64,000 nucleotides of DNA from Microbotryum violaceum (lineage: Eukaryota): NCBI GenBank assembly GCA_001244265.2, contig CDLV01000011.1:992001-1056000 (forward strand). The letters are read 5' to 3'. The first letter of the stretch is position 1. Each line of letters opens with the position of its first letter. Positions 1 to 12,106 of this stretch are shown piece by piece. The translations under genes and the position numbers were made by a program. The notes under the pieces are model-generated. The model was given only the letters and a program-made list of their open reading frames with translations, was not told the DNA's origin and searched no databases.

Positions 1-261
1 ACTCCGACTCTGGCCTTTTGCGTTGGCCCCGTTTGGATCCGTGTCAGGGTCGTGCAGCTCGTTCTTCGCGGCCTTTACCTCATCCATCGTGTCGTGCCTT
101 TGGCGAGCGACTGCCGGGCCTGACTTCTTCTGCAGAAATTTGGGCTTCTTGCCCGCTCGGTTGGCGTTGCGAGAGGCTGCATTTGGGTTATTCGTGTGGG
201 GCATGTTGCAGCGAAGGCTGTTGGCTTGATCGTGGGAGATGCAGTAGGGCCTCGTCGAGAC
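1..261 (-). CDS. Possible exon of an unidentified gene running off the left window edge
   Basis: Open minus-strand frame (STRPYCISHDQ...KGQSRS) begins after a CAG acceptor that ends a (CA)n/C-rich tract; no recognisable domain. Confidence 0.3.
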
Positions 262-292
262 TGTGTGTGTGTGTGTGTGTGGGGGGGGGGGG
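262..292. repeat. (TG)n microsatellite plus poly-G
   Basis: tgtgtg... followed by a G run. Confidence 0.9.
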
Positions 293-511
293 GTCCAGTG
301 GAGAGCAGTCAAGTCGCCTTCGCAAGCGGCGAATGGCACGCCCTGGCCGGTTGCCAAATGCCAAAGGCGACAGAACATGCATGCTGAGCGCCGCTCTGCT
401 CTGCTGAGCTCCTTCAGCTCTCCTGATACCGCTTGCGCCGTGCATCTGTTTAGCGAGCGAAGGATGTCTTGTAGTTGCAGCAGGCTTGAGAGAAAACCGA
501 AGGAACCGTAG

Positions 512-1426
512 TGTAACTAACACGGACGGCCTTAGTGGAAATAATAAATCAAAATAAACAGAAATTAGAGGGAAAGGGACGGAGGGCGGGAAGGTTCAAG
601 GACGAAGGATCGCTTTGCGAGGCGTAGCGCGATAGAGATTCAGTAAGACAGAGCAACTAAGACAAAGACAGTAGCCCCAGCGTAGTAATATGGCATACCT
701 TTGCGAGGCGTAGCGCAAGCGTCAAATAGAAGATTTGAGGGTTGGCAGTCTCGGCGAAGGGTATCCTATAGGGTGCTACGTGTTAGTTTGGGCGCGCCCA
801 ACTAGGACGCTCCTGAAAGACAGACGAAGGGCCGTACAGAGGTGAATCGCGGAGACCACTTGAACGAGTAGGGGACCGATTTGAGAACGTCAACAACTAG
901 TCGAGCGTACTCAGACCGGCGCGAGGAAGGGCGCGTGGCTGCTAGGAATCGTCGAGTCGCTTTTTTCCCGCGGCAGACGCGTGATGCTGTGCGGGTCGTC
1001 GGGAGGTCGACTCGCAGGCAATTGCGAGGTAGATCGAGTGCAGCCTTGAGCAAGATGAGATTCGACTTGTAGAGGGTCACCGAGAGGAACAGCACGATTG
1101 AACAGGATCCAGACGACGCGATCAGTGAAGAGCGAAGCCTAGCTTGGAGGCGTTGAGCGCTCCGGGGAGGCTAGGACGCTGAGCACTCTGGAGAGGCTAG
1201 GACGCTGAGCGCTCCGGAGAGGCTAGGAAGGCTGGTGCGGAGACCAGTGGGGTGGTGCACGGATGCGCGCTCTCTCTTGAGCGCGGAACTCTTACCGCTA
1301 AAGCTGAACAGACATCTTCAGGCGATTCAGGCGCTTGGTCGCTCGTCGAGCGTCTCGTGTCGGCCAAGTAATACGACGAACAGTCTCCGACTGAACGACG
1401 TTTGTGCCGATCTCTATTGATGAACA
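512..1426 (-). mobile_element. Putative LTR-like unit (TG...CA ends, no TSD seen)
   Basis: Bounded by tgtaac (512) and tgaaca (1426); internal ~27-bp tandem repeats at ~1155-1228 and an 18-bp direct repeat (613-630/699-716); no coding signal. Confidence 0.4.
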
Positions 1427-1776
1427 TGAATAATATATAAAAAATGGCTTTGGTTTGGGCTTGGGGCGAATTCCCTCACGACACCGCCCCGCGAAGAAAC
1501 CGGCGGGCAGCGCAAACAAGGGAGGGAAACCGGGGAGGCGGGCGGGAAAGCAAAACATTATGGAGTTTTGAGTGAGCAACAGGCGATGTTGCGAGCAAGA
1601 ATAGTTGGTTCTAGCAAGAGGGAGTGATTCACACCGCACTCGCCTTTCGACTCGCTCGGCGCGCCCGTTGGTCGCCTTTGGCAACCGGCCAGGCCTTCAG
1701 GTTCCCCACGTGATTCCACAGGCTCCCCTTCCTCGCCCGCGTCCCCATCGCGCGCACGTATCAATCCCCGTCCACC

Positions 1777-3321
1777 ATGCTCGCCCGACAACTCACGCGA
1801 TCTGCGCCTCGCTCATGCAAGGCTCTGCTTCCTGCACCCAAGGTTGCAGTCGCTCGATTGGGATGCAGCTCCCGTGATTATGCTCCTGTTCCGTTCACGT
1901 CGGCATTGCTGTCGCCTCTGTCGGTTCGCAACTTTAGCCAGACCTGCACTCGGTTCGACCAGAGTCAGTCCCTTGATTGTCCAGTGTGAGGACATCATGA
2001 ACAAGGTTAACTGACCTTGTCCGTCGGAAAAAATATGCTCCTGAAACCGTGCTCGTACTGCGGTGGTACTGCCTGCCTTCCCCTCTGCTCTAATGCAGGC
2101 GCCTTAACCGCCAAGTTAGCCGAGGAGATCAACTACGAACAGGAACAAGCCGCCGACACCATCAATAATGAGCCCGACTTCCTCAAAGAATTCAAAAATC
2201 AAGGTGTCTGGGAGGTGACTTGGCATTCTCTGTCCTGATATCAAAAGATATCGAGTACGATCGCGATCAATCGACCGACTGACCACCGCCGGCACGCTTT
2301 TCCTCAGATCATCGACGAGCCGGGAGCGGACGAAGTCATCCTCACGCGCACATTCGGCCAAGAAACGTGAGTGATGGTGCAGCAAGCACATTCAAGCATT
2401 CAACAACGGCTGATGCATTGCTGCCCTCGAATACCGATCCACCCCGCAGGATCCGCCTCATCTTCTCCATCTCGGACATCGACGCTGAGGCACCTCAGCC
2501 GCCGGAGCTCGAGCCCCAAGAACAAGACTACATTGATACGGGCGCATCGCCCGATGCTGGATCAGGTGGGTTGGGCGACGAGGCGACGGAATCGCCTTTG
2601 GACGAGGACATTTCCATTCAGGCCGCCATCACCATCACCAAGCCAGGAGGTGGAGCTCTCAGTATCGATACCGTTGCACAAGGTTTGTCTGCTTGCCCTC
2701 CCCCCCCGAGCGATACAATGGGCTCTCTGTCGTGCCATCTGCCTGTCGGATGCTAAGGCTTTGCATCTTCTGCGGTAGATGGTATCTTCACCATCAACAA
2801 TGTCACATTCTACAAGGATGCCCACATCGCCATGTCGATGGGTTCAGAAGCAGATTGGACTCGACAAGGCCTCTACATGGGCCCCGCGGTGAGTCGATCC
2901 CATCCTGCACACATGCAAGGTTCCGAAGAGCTGTCACACTGATGCATGGTCCCATGCAGTTCGAGAACCTCGACGAAGGTGTTCAAAACGAGTTTGAGGC
3001 CTTCCTCGAAGAACGTGGGATCGACTCGAACCTGGCCATTTTCATTGCTGAGCTCGCCGAACACAAGTCAGTCGCCCGAATCTGCTGCCTGCACGTGAAC
3101 CCTAACCCTCGCTAATTTTGTCATTCAAATTTATCCGCGCGACCCAGGGAGCAAAAGTAAGGACCAAACTCTTCGATTTAATCGCGCTCTGAACGAACGA
3201 AAGCTGACTGCCTATCCTGCCTTCTTTCCTGCCCAACTTGTGGCACTTACACCTCCAATTGCTCCCTTTCAGGGAATATGTTTCATGGCTCCACAACGTC
3301 AAAGAGTTCCTGGAGAGGTGA
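1777..3321 (+). CDS. MAM33: Mitochondrial acidic matrix glycoprotein Mam33/p32 (C1QBP family), multi-exon
   Basis: Arg/Ser-rich presequence MLARQLTRS...; exons encode LAEEINYE, GLYMGP, FENLDEGVQNEFEAFLEERGIDSNLAIFIAELAEHKEQKEYVSWLHNVKEFL; GT-AG introns; stop TGA 3319-3321. Confidence 0.9.
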
Positions 3322-4494
3322 AAGAGTCCGGTATGAATCCCATCGTGCCGTGTGGGCCGGTAGGAACCGCGCGCGAGGTGAAAATCTTCGCATGGGAGGG
3401 AAAAGTAGCTGTTTCGCATGACCTTCGCGATGTCGTTCATCTCATCCCAGATTTGCCATTAAAGACACCCACCACTCTCCCATCACCATTACGCCTCGAG
3501 GTTCAGGATCTGCCCACGGACGACCCGACGTGCATGCCGGCGCGGTACGCTGAGCTTGCCAAAGTCGGACATACTGTCTTCGGTGCCGCTGGCGCCAGCC
3601 AATGGCCGATCGAGGAAGGTTATCCGGGGCAAGTGATTAACACGGTTGAAAATGTTAAAAGCTCTGGCCTCAAGTGCGAAAGCCTGTTATCAGACAATCT
3701 TCCGAACGTTTTTGGAGCTGAATTACATATAGTTGGGGTTCGAGGGCGACGGCGCAAGTACCGACCCCCTTATTAGCGACCCGCTAAAAGCATTTACCTC
3801 GGTGACAGCAAGCAGTAAGTTGGCAAAGGGCCTCAAACTGGCCTCAGAGGACCTGGCAAGCAGCCGCCCGAGTGTCTCTTTACGCCCGCTTCTCGTCTCA
3901 TCCCATTCCACTGCAGTTTCTTGATTTACACCGCTACCTCCCTGATCCTGTCTATCACTGGGGACCGACAGTTCCGCAAGGCCCAAGCCCTTGTCCCACG
4001 CCCATTCTCCCTTCCAAGACTATACGACCACCACGCGACTTGACGACGGTCGCCTCGCCTACGCGCACTCCGCCGCCCCGTACAAACGACGAGATCGCAC
4101 CGCTCCCTCGGTACAGAAGCGCACACTCGACAGTACGCACGAACACGCCCTCATCCACACGCCAGACACGACGACATCAACTTGGCTCATCTAATCGGGT
4201 AGCTCACGACTAGACGCTTACCCCGGCGACACCTCTTCTGGGCCGTCACGATCTCGCTCTTTGGCGGCGGGCTCCGGCATTCGAAACGCGCGCGCGCCAG
4301 TTCCGCGTCGAATCGTTCAACAACAAACTCCGAGGAGCCGGCGTTCCAGCACTCCCCATCACGAAGGCGCAGCACCCACCACGGGTATCGCCAACGAGTC
4401 TGCTTTGTCCACTACCACAGGGCAGTCCTATTGTCGGGACCATATCCAGCACACCACCTTTGCTTCATCGAGCCCGCGCGAAAGCACAGGTCTG

Positions 4495-7400
4495 ATGCCT
4501 TCGCCCACGCATGGCGGACGTGCCGGCGGCGCGTCGTCAAGCCAACCGCACTCGACCGCGGCGACCAACGACAAGCGTCAATCAAGACACGAGAGGGAAA
4601 GACGACAAGAAGGGACACGTGATCGTGATCGTGACGACCCCAAGTTCGTGGGATCCTGGCGTATCGGCAAAACCATCGGCAAAGGCTCATCAGGTGACTT
4701 CAGGCATCCGAATGATGGGCTTACTTTCTTCCGCCTCGTTCGCAAGCCCGACCACTGACAGTGACCTTGTTTCCGCATCTTCGTGCTCTATGTTTCAGGA
4801 CGGGTCAAGATAGCTAAACACAAGGAGACGCACCAGTACGCTGCCATCAAAATTGTTCCCAAGCCTCGTGCCGCCGCAAGATCGGCGTCAAAGGCTGACA
4901 AGGTGGGTCCACTGACTAGAGGGGCGTCAGCGGTCAAGGGTGAGAGCTAACACGTCGGCAATTCTGCGCGAGCTCCAGATGCTGCTCGGAATTGAGCGGG
5001 AGATCGTGATCATGAAGTTGATCGAACACCCCAACGTACTCCGACTTATGGATGTTTGGGAGACCCCTGACGATCTGTACGCTCTACGCTCTTTCCTTGG
5101 CCCCGCGAGCGGTAGATAAATTCCATTTGATTCGAGAACTGACTCCCGGAACTACTTCAATCACTGGTCTCCAGCTATCTGATCATGGAATATGTTAAAG
5201 GTGGCGAACTGTTCGATTACCTTGTATCCAAGGGAAGTCTGCACGCCGACGAGGCACTGCACTACTTTCAACAAATCATTTCCGGTGTCGACTACTGCCA
5301 CCGCTTCAACATATGCCACCGGGATCTTAAGCCCGAGAATCTGCTGCTTGATGGCGATGGAAACATCAAGATTGCGGACTTCGGTATGGCGGCCTTGGAA
5401 CGCGGCGGGAAACTCCTCGAAACGAGCTGTGGTAGCCCACACTACGCCTCACCTGAGATCGTTGCGGTGAGTCGTTGCGCTGCTGTTTGTCACCTTAGGT
5501 CTTACCTGCTGAATGCGCGAAGTTGTTCGGCCGTATGTAGGGGCTGAACTATCATGGCGCATCGTCGGACATCTGGTCCTGTGGTATCATCCTCTTTGCC
5601 TTACTGACGGGTCGATTGCCGTTCGACGACGAAAACATTCGCAACCTTTTGGCTAAGGTCAAGGTTGGCCGCTTCACGATGCCAGCCGAACTCACTGATG
5701 ACGCCAAAGACCTGATCAGGAAGATGCTTGAGGTTGATCCGGAGAAGCGCATCACGGTGTGTACCCGCTCGCCGTGGGCTCTCCAAGGAAGCAGCGCGTA
5801 ACGGAGCATTCATTCACGTTTCTGACCGCAGATGGATCAAATCCAGCGACACCCTTGGGTCACTCGGATCCCTCCGCGGTCAATCCATGGCGCACCTACC
5901 TTTGTCCCGCCTAGCATCGACTCGATCGATCATCCCGTTGCATCCCGACGAGAGATCGATATGGAAATTCTCACCAACCTCAAAACCTTGTGGAATGGCG
6001 CTGCTGAGGATGACATCATTCAAGCCCTGCTGTCTAGCGAAAAGTCGTGGGAAAAAGTGTTTTACTGCTTACTCTACAAGTACCGCACTCGAAACCTGGA
6101 GAACTTCAACATGGACGACAAGGAAATCTACAGACCACCCAAGAAGGCCGATCGAGGTGCGTTGATTTCAGATGCTGCAGCCCTGCCAACGCTGCCTTTG
6201 TAGAATTTGACGAGGTTGTTGCTCTTTACCAGAAAAACGGCAACATGTCGTCTCTTCGGGCGCAACCGCCAATCGCAGTCGACGATCACGGTCATCCTCG
6301 TCCAACGTGGCCGCAGGCGCATCTTCTGATGGTAAGCGTCCGAGCAAACCCACAAGTGCCGCCACGACAGCGGCCGCTGCCATAACTCGCCCTGCTCCAC
6401 CGGTCCCGACCGTGGCTGCTCGTGCCATTGGCCCATCGTCTGTGACGGCCATGACTTCGACTGCGGCCACCTTGGCTGGGCCCTCCGCGCAATATTCACG
6501 CGGCCCTCGCCCTTTGCCTTCTGCGCCGAACTCGTCCACGCCCTCGGCGAACCGCGTACCGCAAATTCAGTTGCAGTATGCGACCCCAGAGACGGGTACG
6601 CCATCTGCTTCGAATTCCGCTCCAAAGCCGCCCCAATCGCCCGGATGGGAGAGCGTGCCGCCCTCACCATCTCCACTAGCCAACTCCACCTTCAGATCGG
6701 GCCTCGACCTGGGCGTAGACGCGGCCAATGCGTCTGCCGTTACCTCGGTCCAACCGAGCAACTTTTCTCGGATTGTCGAGAAATATGATGGTGCGACTTT
6801 GGCTGCATCCTCGGCACCCCCCGTGCTGCCCATCGCGATCCCACAAACAGGCGACGCGGCGATGCAGCAATTTTTCCACGATCTCGTCGGTCATCTGCAA
6901 ACAATGTCCTTGCATGGCTCTTCGCCGAGCTCGCCGGTGTCGTCTCCCCCAACATCTCACCGCCAGTCCTTCCTGAGTGCGACCTCGAATGTTGGCCCCG
7001 TTATGACTACGCATCAATCGGCACATACGCGGCGGCGATCATCCGCTGGCGATCAATTTGAAGATGCCGAGGAAGATGAGTCAGACAAAGCGAACTCAAT
7101 CACCGGTTACTCGCCATTCATGAGCGGTAGCGAGTTTCAGGTCGGCGGCACGGTCAGATCACGCGATGGGGCGACTTCGCCGGCCATGTCGATGTCTACG
7201 AACGCTTCATCGCCTCAGCGTACTTCACATCAGATGGCGCTTGGCCGGCCGCGCTTTACAGTTCGAGGCTCTTCCAGGGCTCCCGTCAGCGATGGATCCC
7301 GACCGAGCTCGTCCCGCGTCGCCAGCTCTTTCACCGAGGACAAAGAAAACACCCGTGTGACACCCCATCGCAATTCTGCGCCTCCACCTGTGGCACCTCG

Positions 7401-8283
7401 TATGCAACAGAAGATGTCGAGCCAAGAGCAGCGCAGCGCTCTGCAGGGGCTGGCAATTCAAAGCGTTGCGTTCGACTTCGAGATGATTGAACGGCCCGAA
7501 TCGCCGACCGCCTTGCTCAAGCTGTCGCAACAGCAGAAGAAGCTGAAGGCGGACAAGAAGCACCATCGTGAGTGATGTAAAGGCAGAATCGCAGATGTGT
7601 GTATTATGTCATTCGATGCTCACGGATCGCGAGGTATCTCCCATCAGGATCCGCGCCAGATGTGGGATTCTCGCCAGTTGTGGGCATCTCGGGGGGTTCA
7701 CAGTCCTCGCCCAAGCAATCCTGGTTCGCCGGTCTGTTCCACTGGAAGCAGTTGTCGTACACACTGATGTCGACTGAAGATACCAACTCGACGCGCTCCA
7801 CTTGCAAGCGGATACTCGAGAGCCTCGGCGTAATAGTGCTGCTTGCCAACGAGGGTGGGAGCTCCATTCTTAAATGTCGCTGTGCTGGTGACGGATTGCG
7901 AGGTGAGCCCATTCGCGTTGGGGTGTGCGTGGCTTTGTCACGGCTCGACTGATCCGACCCTGCTGTGAATCGCAGAGTCACACGGTTCAGCTGGAGCGCT
8001 CAAGGCGGTCAAGTTCCGCGTCGAGATCTCCCGCCACGGCTATCACTCGTCTTCAATGGGGGTCCCGTCGCCGAACTCGAACCACGACCGCATGCTTTAC
8101 CCCACGGTCGTAACTCTCGTTATGGAGAAGGGTGCACACTCGACCTTCAAAGCGACGTACAATCGACTGCGATCGGCCTGGGAACTCGATGCCCCTTCGT
8201 CGGCTGGAGGTGGTCTAAGATTGATTCCAAGTCCGCTTCCGTCGCCGGCTATCGGCGCAATGAGGAGTCCCCTCTTGGCCTAA
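4495..8283 (+). CDS. Nim1/Hsl1/Gin4/Cdr2-family Ser/Thr kinase with C-terminal KA1-like domain, multi-exon
   Basis: [82 protein letters not shown]; start codon uncertain. Confidence 0.9.
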
Positions 8284-8499
8284 TCCTTGACGAGTCTAGT
8301 TGGAGCGCGAGGCAGAGCGCCTCTTGCCTCATTTTGCGGGGTTGTTTTCCCTTCTCTCTACTACCCCATATACCCGTACAGACTTTATTTCACCTTGTAA
8401 TCATGTTTATATTGGAATACACTTGCTTGTTCTGTTTGCCTGCTACCCCTTCGTCTGGCGATGGGAAAGGGAATCTTCGCAAGACAACTGTGATTGTTT

Positions 8500-9670
8500 C
8501 TAGACGACCTTGGCCTCGGGTCCTGCTATAACAACTTGCTTTGGCTTGGCGTGTCTCTCGTGCTCTTCGATACTCTTCAACGCCCTTCGCACGCCGCTCT
8601 TTGCGTCGGGGTACAATCTGGCCTCGAGGCGATCAAAGCCCGCCTCGACAACGTGTTCGACCGGCTCGTCGAAAATGAATGGGAGCGCAGGGATGAACCC
8701 GAGCCCTGCACGCCGAGAGCGCCGCTTAGCGAAACACCCCGGAGCCAGGGCATGGTTGTGGAAGATGCGACGTACCCAAAGCTGATGGGAGCCACCGACG
8801 GACGGCGATACTCTTCACGTTGGCTTTCTTGACCGCTATTGCAGTATATCGTACGATGGCATGGATGGTGAGGGAAGGGAAAAGCATTGAGGCAACACTA
8901 TGAAAACGAGGTCCAGATCTCGGGTCAATGTTGGACCAGGTAATGAACAGGGCGTGATTCCCTTTAGGTCATGGTTTCGGGAATTGGCCTAAAGCACCAA
9001 AGGCATGCGCACACACACCATTGAAAAATGGCTCGTTTGGCGACATTCAACCCAACGACTGTCGACACAGCTTCGGGGCAGTTCTCGTTTGCGCGGACTG
9101 GCGGAGTGCAAGTTTCGCATGTAGGACAAACGAAGCTTCCGTTAGCATATTGGCCCTTGAACACATCCGAATGACGGGAAGCCAAACCCACGCCGCGCCT
9201 TGTAGCCTTCGTAAGCCACATCTCCAACGAGGTACGCCCACGACACGCCGTACGCGCCGGTGACCATTTTCGGATTGACGATCGGTCGTACGCTTTCGCC
9301 TACATCGGAAGTGTACTGCGCGAATCCCGGTATGGACGATCCAATTAGTGCTACGATGGTTCACCACGCCTGCTTCTGCGGCGAAGCTGACAAGAGCTGC
9401 ATGCGACGGGACCGAAGACCTACGGCGAGATAGCGAGTCATGGGTTGGAGCACGGGCCGAATGCGTGCGAGGTAAGCTACGGGTGCACGTCGTGCGAGAT
9501 GGTGCGAATGAGCGCTCGTCTGTAAGCATACGTCGAGATAATCGACCTAGATCTCGAACAAGCGTACCGAGATACCGAGCGGAGGATTCGGTCGTGTCGA
9601 TCTCGCCATCGACAATTTGCTGTTCCATTGTGTCGACAGGCGAACCGGCGGGCTTGGCAACCGAGGTCAT
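8500..9670 (-). CDS. MTFP1: Mitochondrial fission process protein MTP18/MTFP1, multi-exon
   Basis: Spliced minus-strand exons encode DTTESSARY, YTSDVGESVRPIV, KRAIFQ, PSLTIHAIVRY, GLGFIPALPFIFDEPVEHVVE; the ORF track shows only fragments. Confidence 0.8.
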
Positions 9671-10129
9671 TGTGGATACTCACCCAGCGTAAGTAGCGAT
9701 GTTCAACTATGCGAGAACGAGTTATCAGTGGCCGAAGTGCGTTAACGAAGGGCTCGAGGGTCGGGTGAGTAACGCAAAAGCAAGTCAGCGAGTCGAGGTG
9801 GACGAGGTAAGAGAAGCCCGGTCCACGACGGCGCGCTGCCAACGGTTGCCGGATGACTTACGAACGACGGAGAATCGCGGCGCGAGCTGCAGCCCAGGCC
9901 TGCCATAGGCTGGCGCGAGTTTCCGAGCCCAGCACCGCACTGCCCAGCAACTGCCCAGCAGAGCTAGCAGAGTGGTGACTTATTCAAGCGCGAGCCATCG
10001 CGAGGAGCGCGTCTCGAAGCGAAGGCAAACGGGCCCAGCGTTTGTTAGATGCTGTCTTTGAATAAGACTAGCTGGAATTTATGGCTTTAAATTTTAGACC
10101 AGTCATGCCGTAGGCTGCTCAGGGTAGGC

Positions 10130-10324
10130 CAAAATTGGGCCGACTCACGGGAAAAATGTCAAAATCTGCAAAGCTTAATTAAGGCGCCTCGGGGGCAAAA
10201 CGTGTGTTTCGTCCCAAAATGTCAATTTTCTGCAATGCGCCTTGACGATTTCCAGGATTTTGGGTCCTCACAATGTCAAAAAAGAATAAAAAAATGCGCC
10301 TCCGGCTGGGCTTTCGGGGGGCCC
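10130..10324. mobile_element. Orphan right end of the AGGACCC-type TIR transposon family
   Basis: 10273-10324 closely matches the reverse complement of 14957-15001 (cgaaagcccagccggaggcgc-T tract-gaca). Confidence 0.6.
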
Positions 10325-10457
10325 GGTAGGGCCCAGTTATGCCGTAGGCTGCTCAGGATAGCTCTGATGCGGATGCGGTGGCCTCCTCGACTCCGCCGAC
10401 GCATTCTGGCCGATAGACCGCATCGACCTTCTATCACCTGTCAGTTTCTCCGAAACG

Positions 10458-11826
10458 ATGCTTTCTCCGACCGACCTCACTTCCATCCATGACTTTGCCA
10501 TCGCACTCGCCCAAAGAGCGGGTGCTATGATCAAGGCTGCTTCCGAGTCGCGCTTCGCCGAGCACACCAACATCGCCCAAGATTCAAGCAAGAAGAATAG
10601 AGTCGATCGTAGGTATTCTTGGTAGCTTCGTCTTCTCCAACGGTCCATTTGAGGAAGAGTCATTTACCGTATCAACCCGCTACCACACCACCATCCACAT
10701 CGCTATTGCAAGTCGTCACCGAGACGGACCAGGCCGTTGAAGCCTTCATCAAGCAATCCATCTCGGACAAGTACCCGGGACATGCTTTTATTGGGGAAGA
10801 ATCTTTTGCAGGTGGCGAGGTCGTGCACCTCACTGTGCGTTTGCCTCCTGGGCTCCACCTCTCGCTCGAGCACGGTCCCAAGGAAAGCGATCCGCCGGGC
10901 TAACCGATGTTCTCGCCAATTTCTGCGACGCGCTGCGCATCTCGATAGGATACCCCGACGTGGATTGTGGACCCAATCGGTACGTTCCATCATGCGCCTT
11001 CGATGAACGTACGAAGCTGTCGGACCGCGAACCTGACAGCCCCGTCCGGCCCGGACCGTCCTCTTTGGCGCCAGATGGCACCACCAATTTCATCCACGGC
11101 TTTGATCACGTGTGCGTATCCATTGGTTTCACACACGAAGCCGTGCCCGTGATTGGCGTCATTTTCAATCCTTTCCTGAACAAGGTACGCTGTCCGTACC
11201 GCGCAACACTTCCCTTCAACAGCCCCTTCTCTGATCTTTCTTGCTTTTACTGACTCAGTGCGATACATTCTACGACGCTCGCGGCGTGCGTTTTCGATCT
11301 CTATCAGCTCTACTCGGCCATCAAAGGCCAGGGGGCTTTCTTGAATCAGAGGATTCGGCTACCCCTTTCACACCCTAAGCCACCACCCTTGGCGTCCCTT
11401 TCCGATGCACTCATCGCCGTAGAATGGGGTTCCGACCGCTCCGCCGACATCATCTCCCACAAAGCCTCGACCTTCTCGCGACTCGCAGGCGACCCCTCGT
11501 CTGTACAGGGTGGAGTAATGGCCCATTCTCTGAGATCTATCGGCTCAGCAGCCTTGAACTACGCTTACGTCGCTTCTGGTCAGGTCGACTTGTACTGGGA
11601 GATAGGCTGCTGGTCCTGGGACGTGTGTGCCGGGACCGTCATTGCTCGCGAGGCCGGCGCCAAGGTATTCGGTCGAGGCGGAAAGAACTTCGAAGCCCAG
11701 GACTTGATGGGGCATCACTTCTTCGTCGTAAGGGCGATCGAAGACGGGGAGAAAGAAACGGGACCGCAGGCGCAGGCTCGAATTGCCGCGGAATTCTTCA
11801 AGGCTGCCGAGGAGTGGGAAGCCTAA
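10458..11826 (+). CDS. Inositol monophosphatase, multi-exon
   Basis: [48 protein letters not shown] motifs. Confidence 0.92.
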
Positions 11827-12106
11827 ATGACAATACACGTAGATTCGAGAAGCTGAGCAGAAGCTCTAAGACGTCACAAGCTCGGCGATCCGACCTCGGG
11901 CGTTCGAAGCCCTTTTCTCAAGCCTAAGGGTGCCAGAAAGCGAGAAGCGTGAGCGTTTGAAAAGCATCAGAGTGAGCAGGATCCCCAGGGCAACTTCTGC
12001 TTGTTCCGGCTGCTCGCGACGACTGCTCGCAGCAAAACTGAATCGATCGAATAGAAATTGCAAACAACGCCTAGGCGAGCGAATAACCCCTCTACAGGTT
12101 CAGATA

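Noticed and set aside
3240-4490. ORFs between MAM33 and the kinase
   Set aside because: No motifs; probably UTR or promoter, although an upstream kinase exon is not excluded
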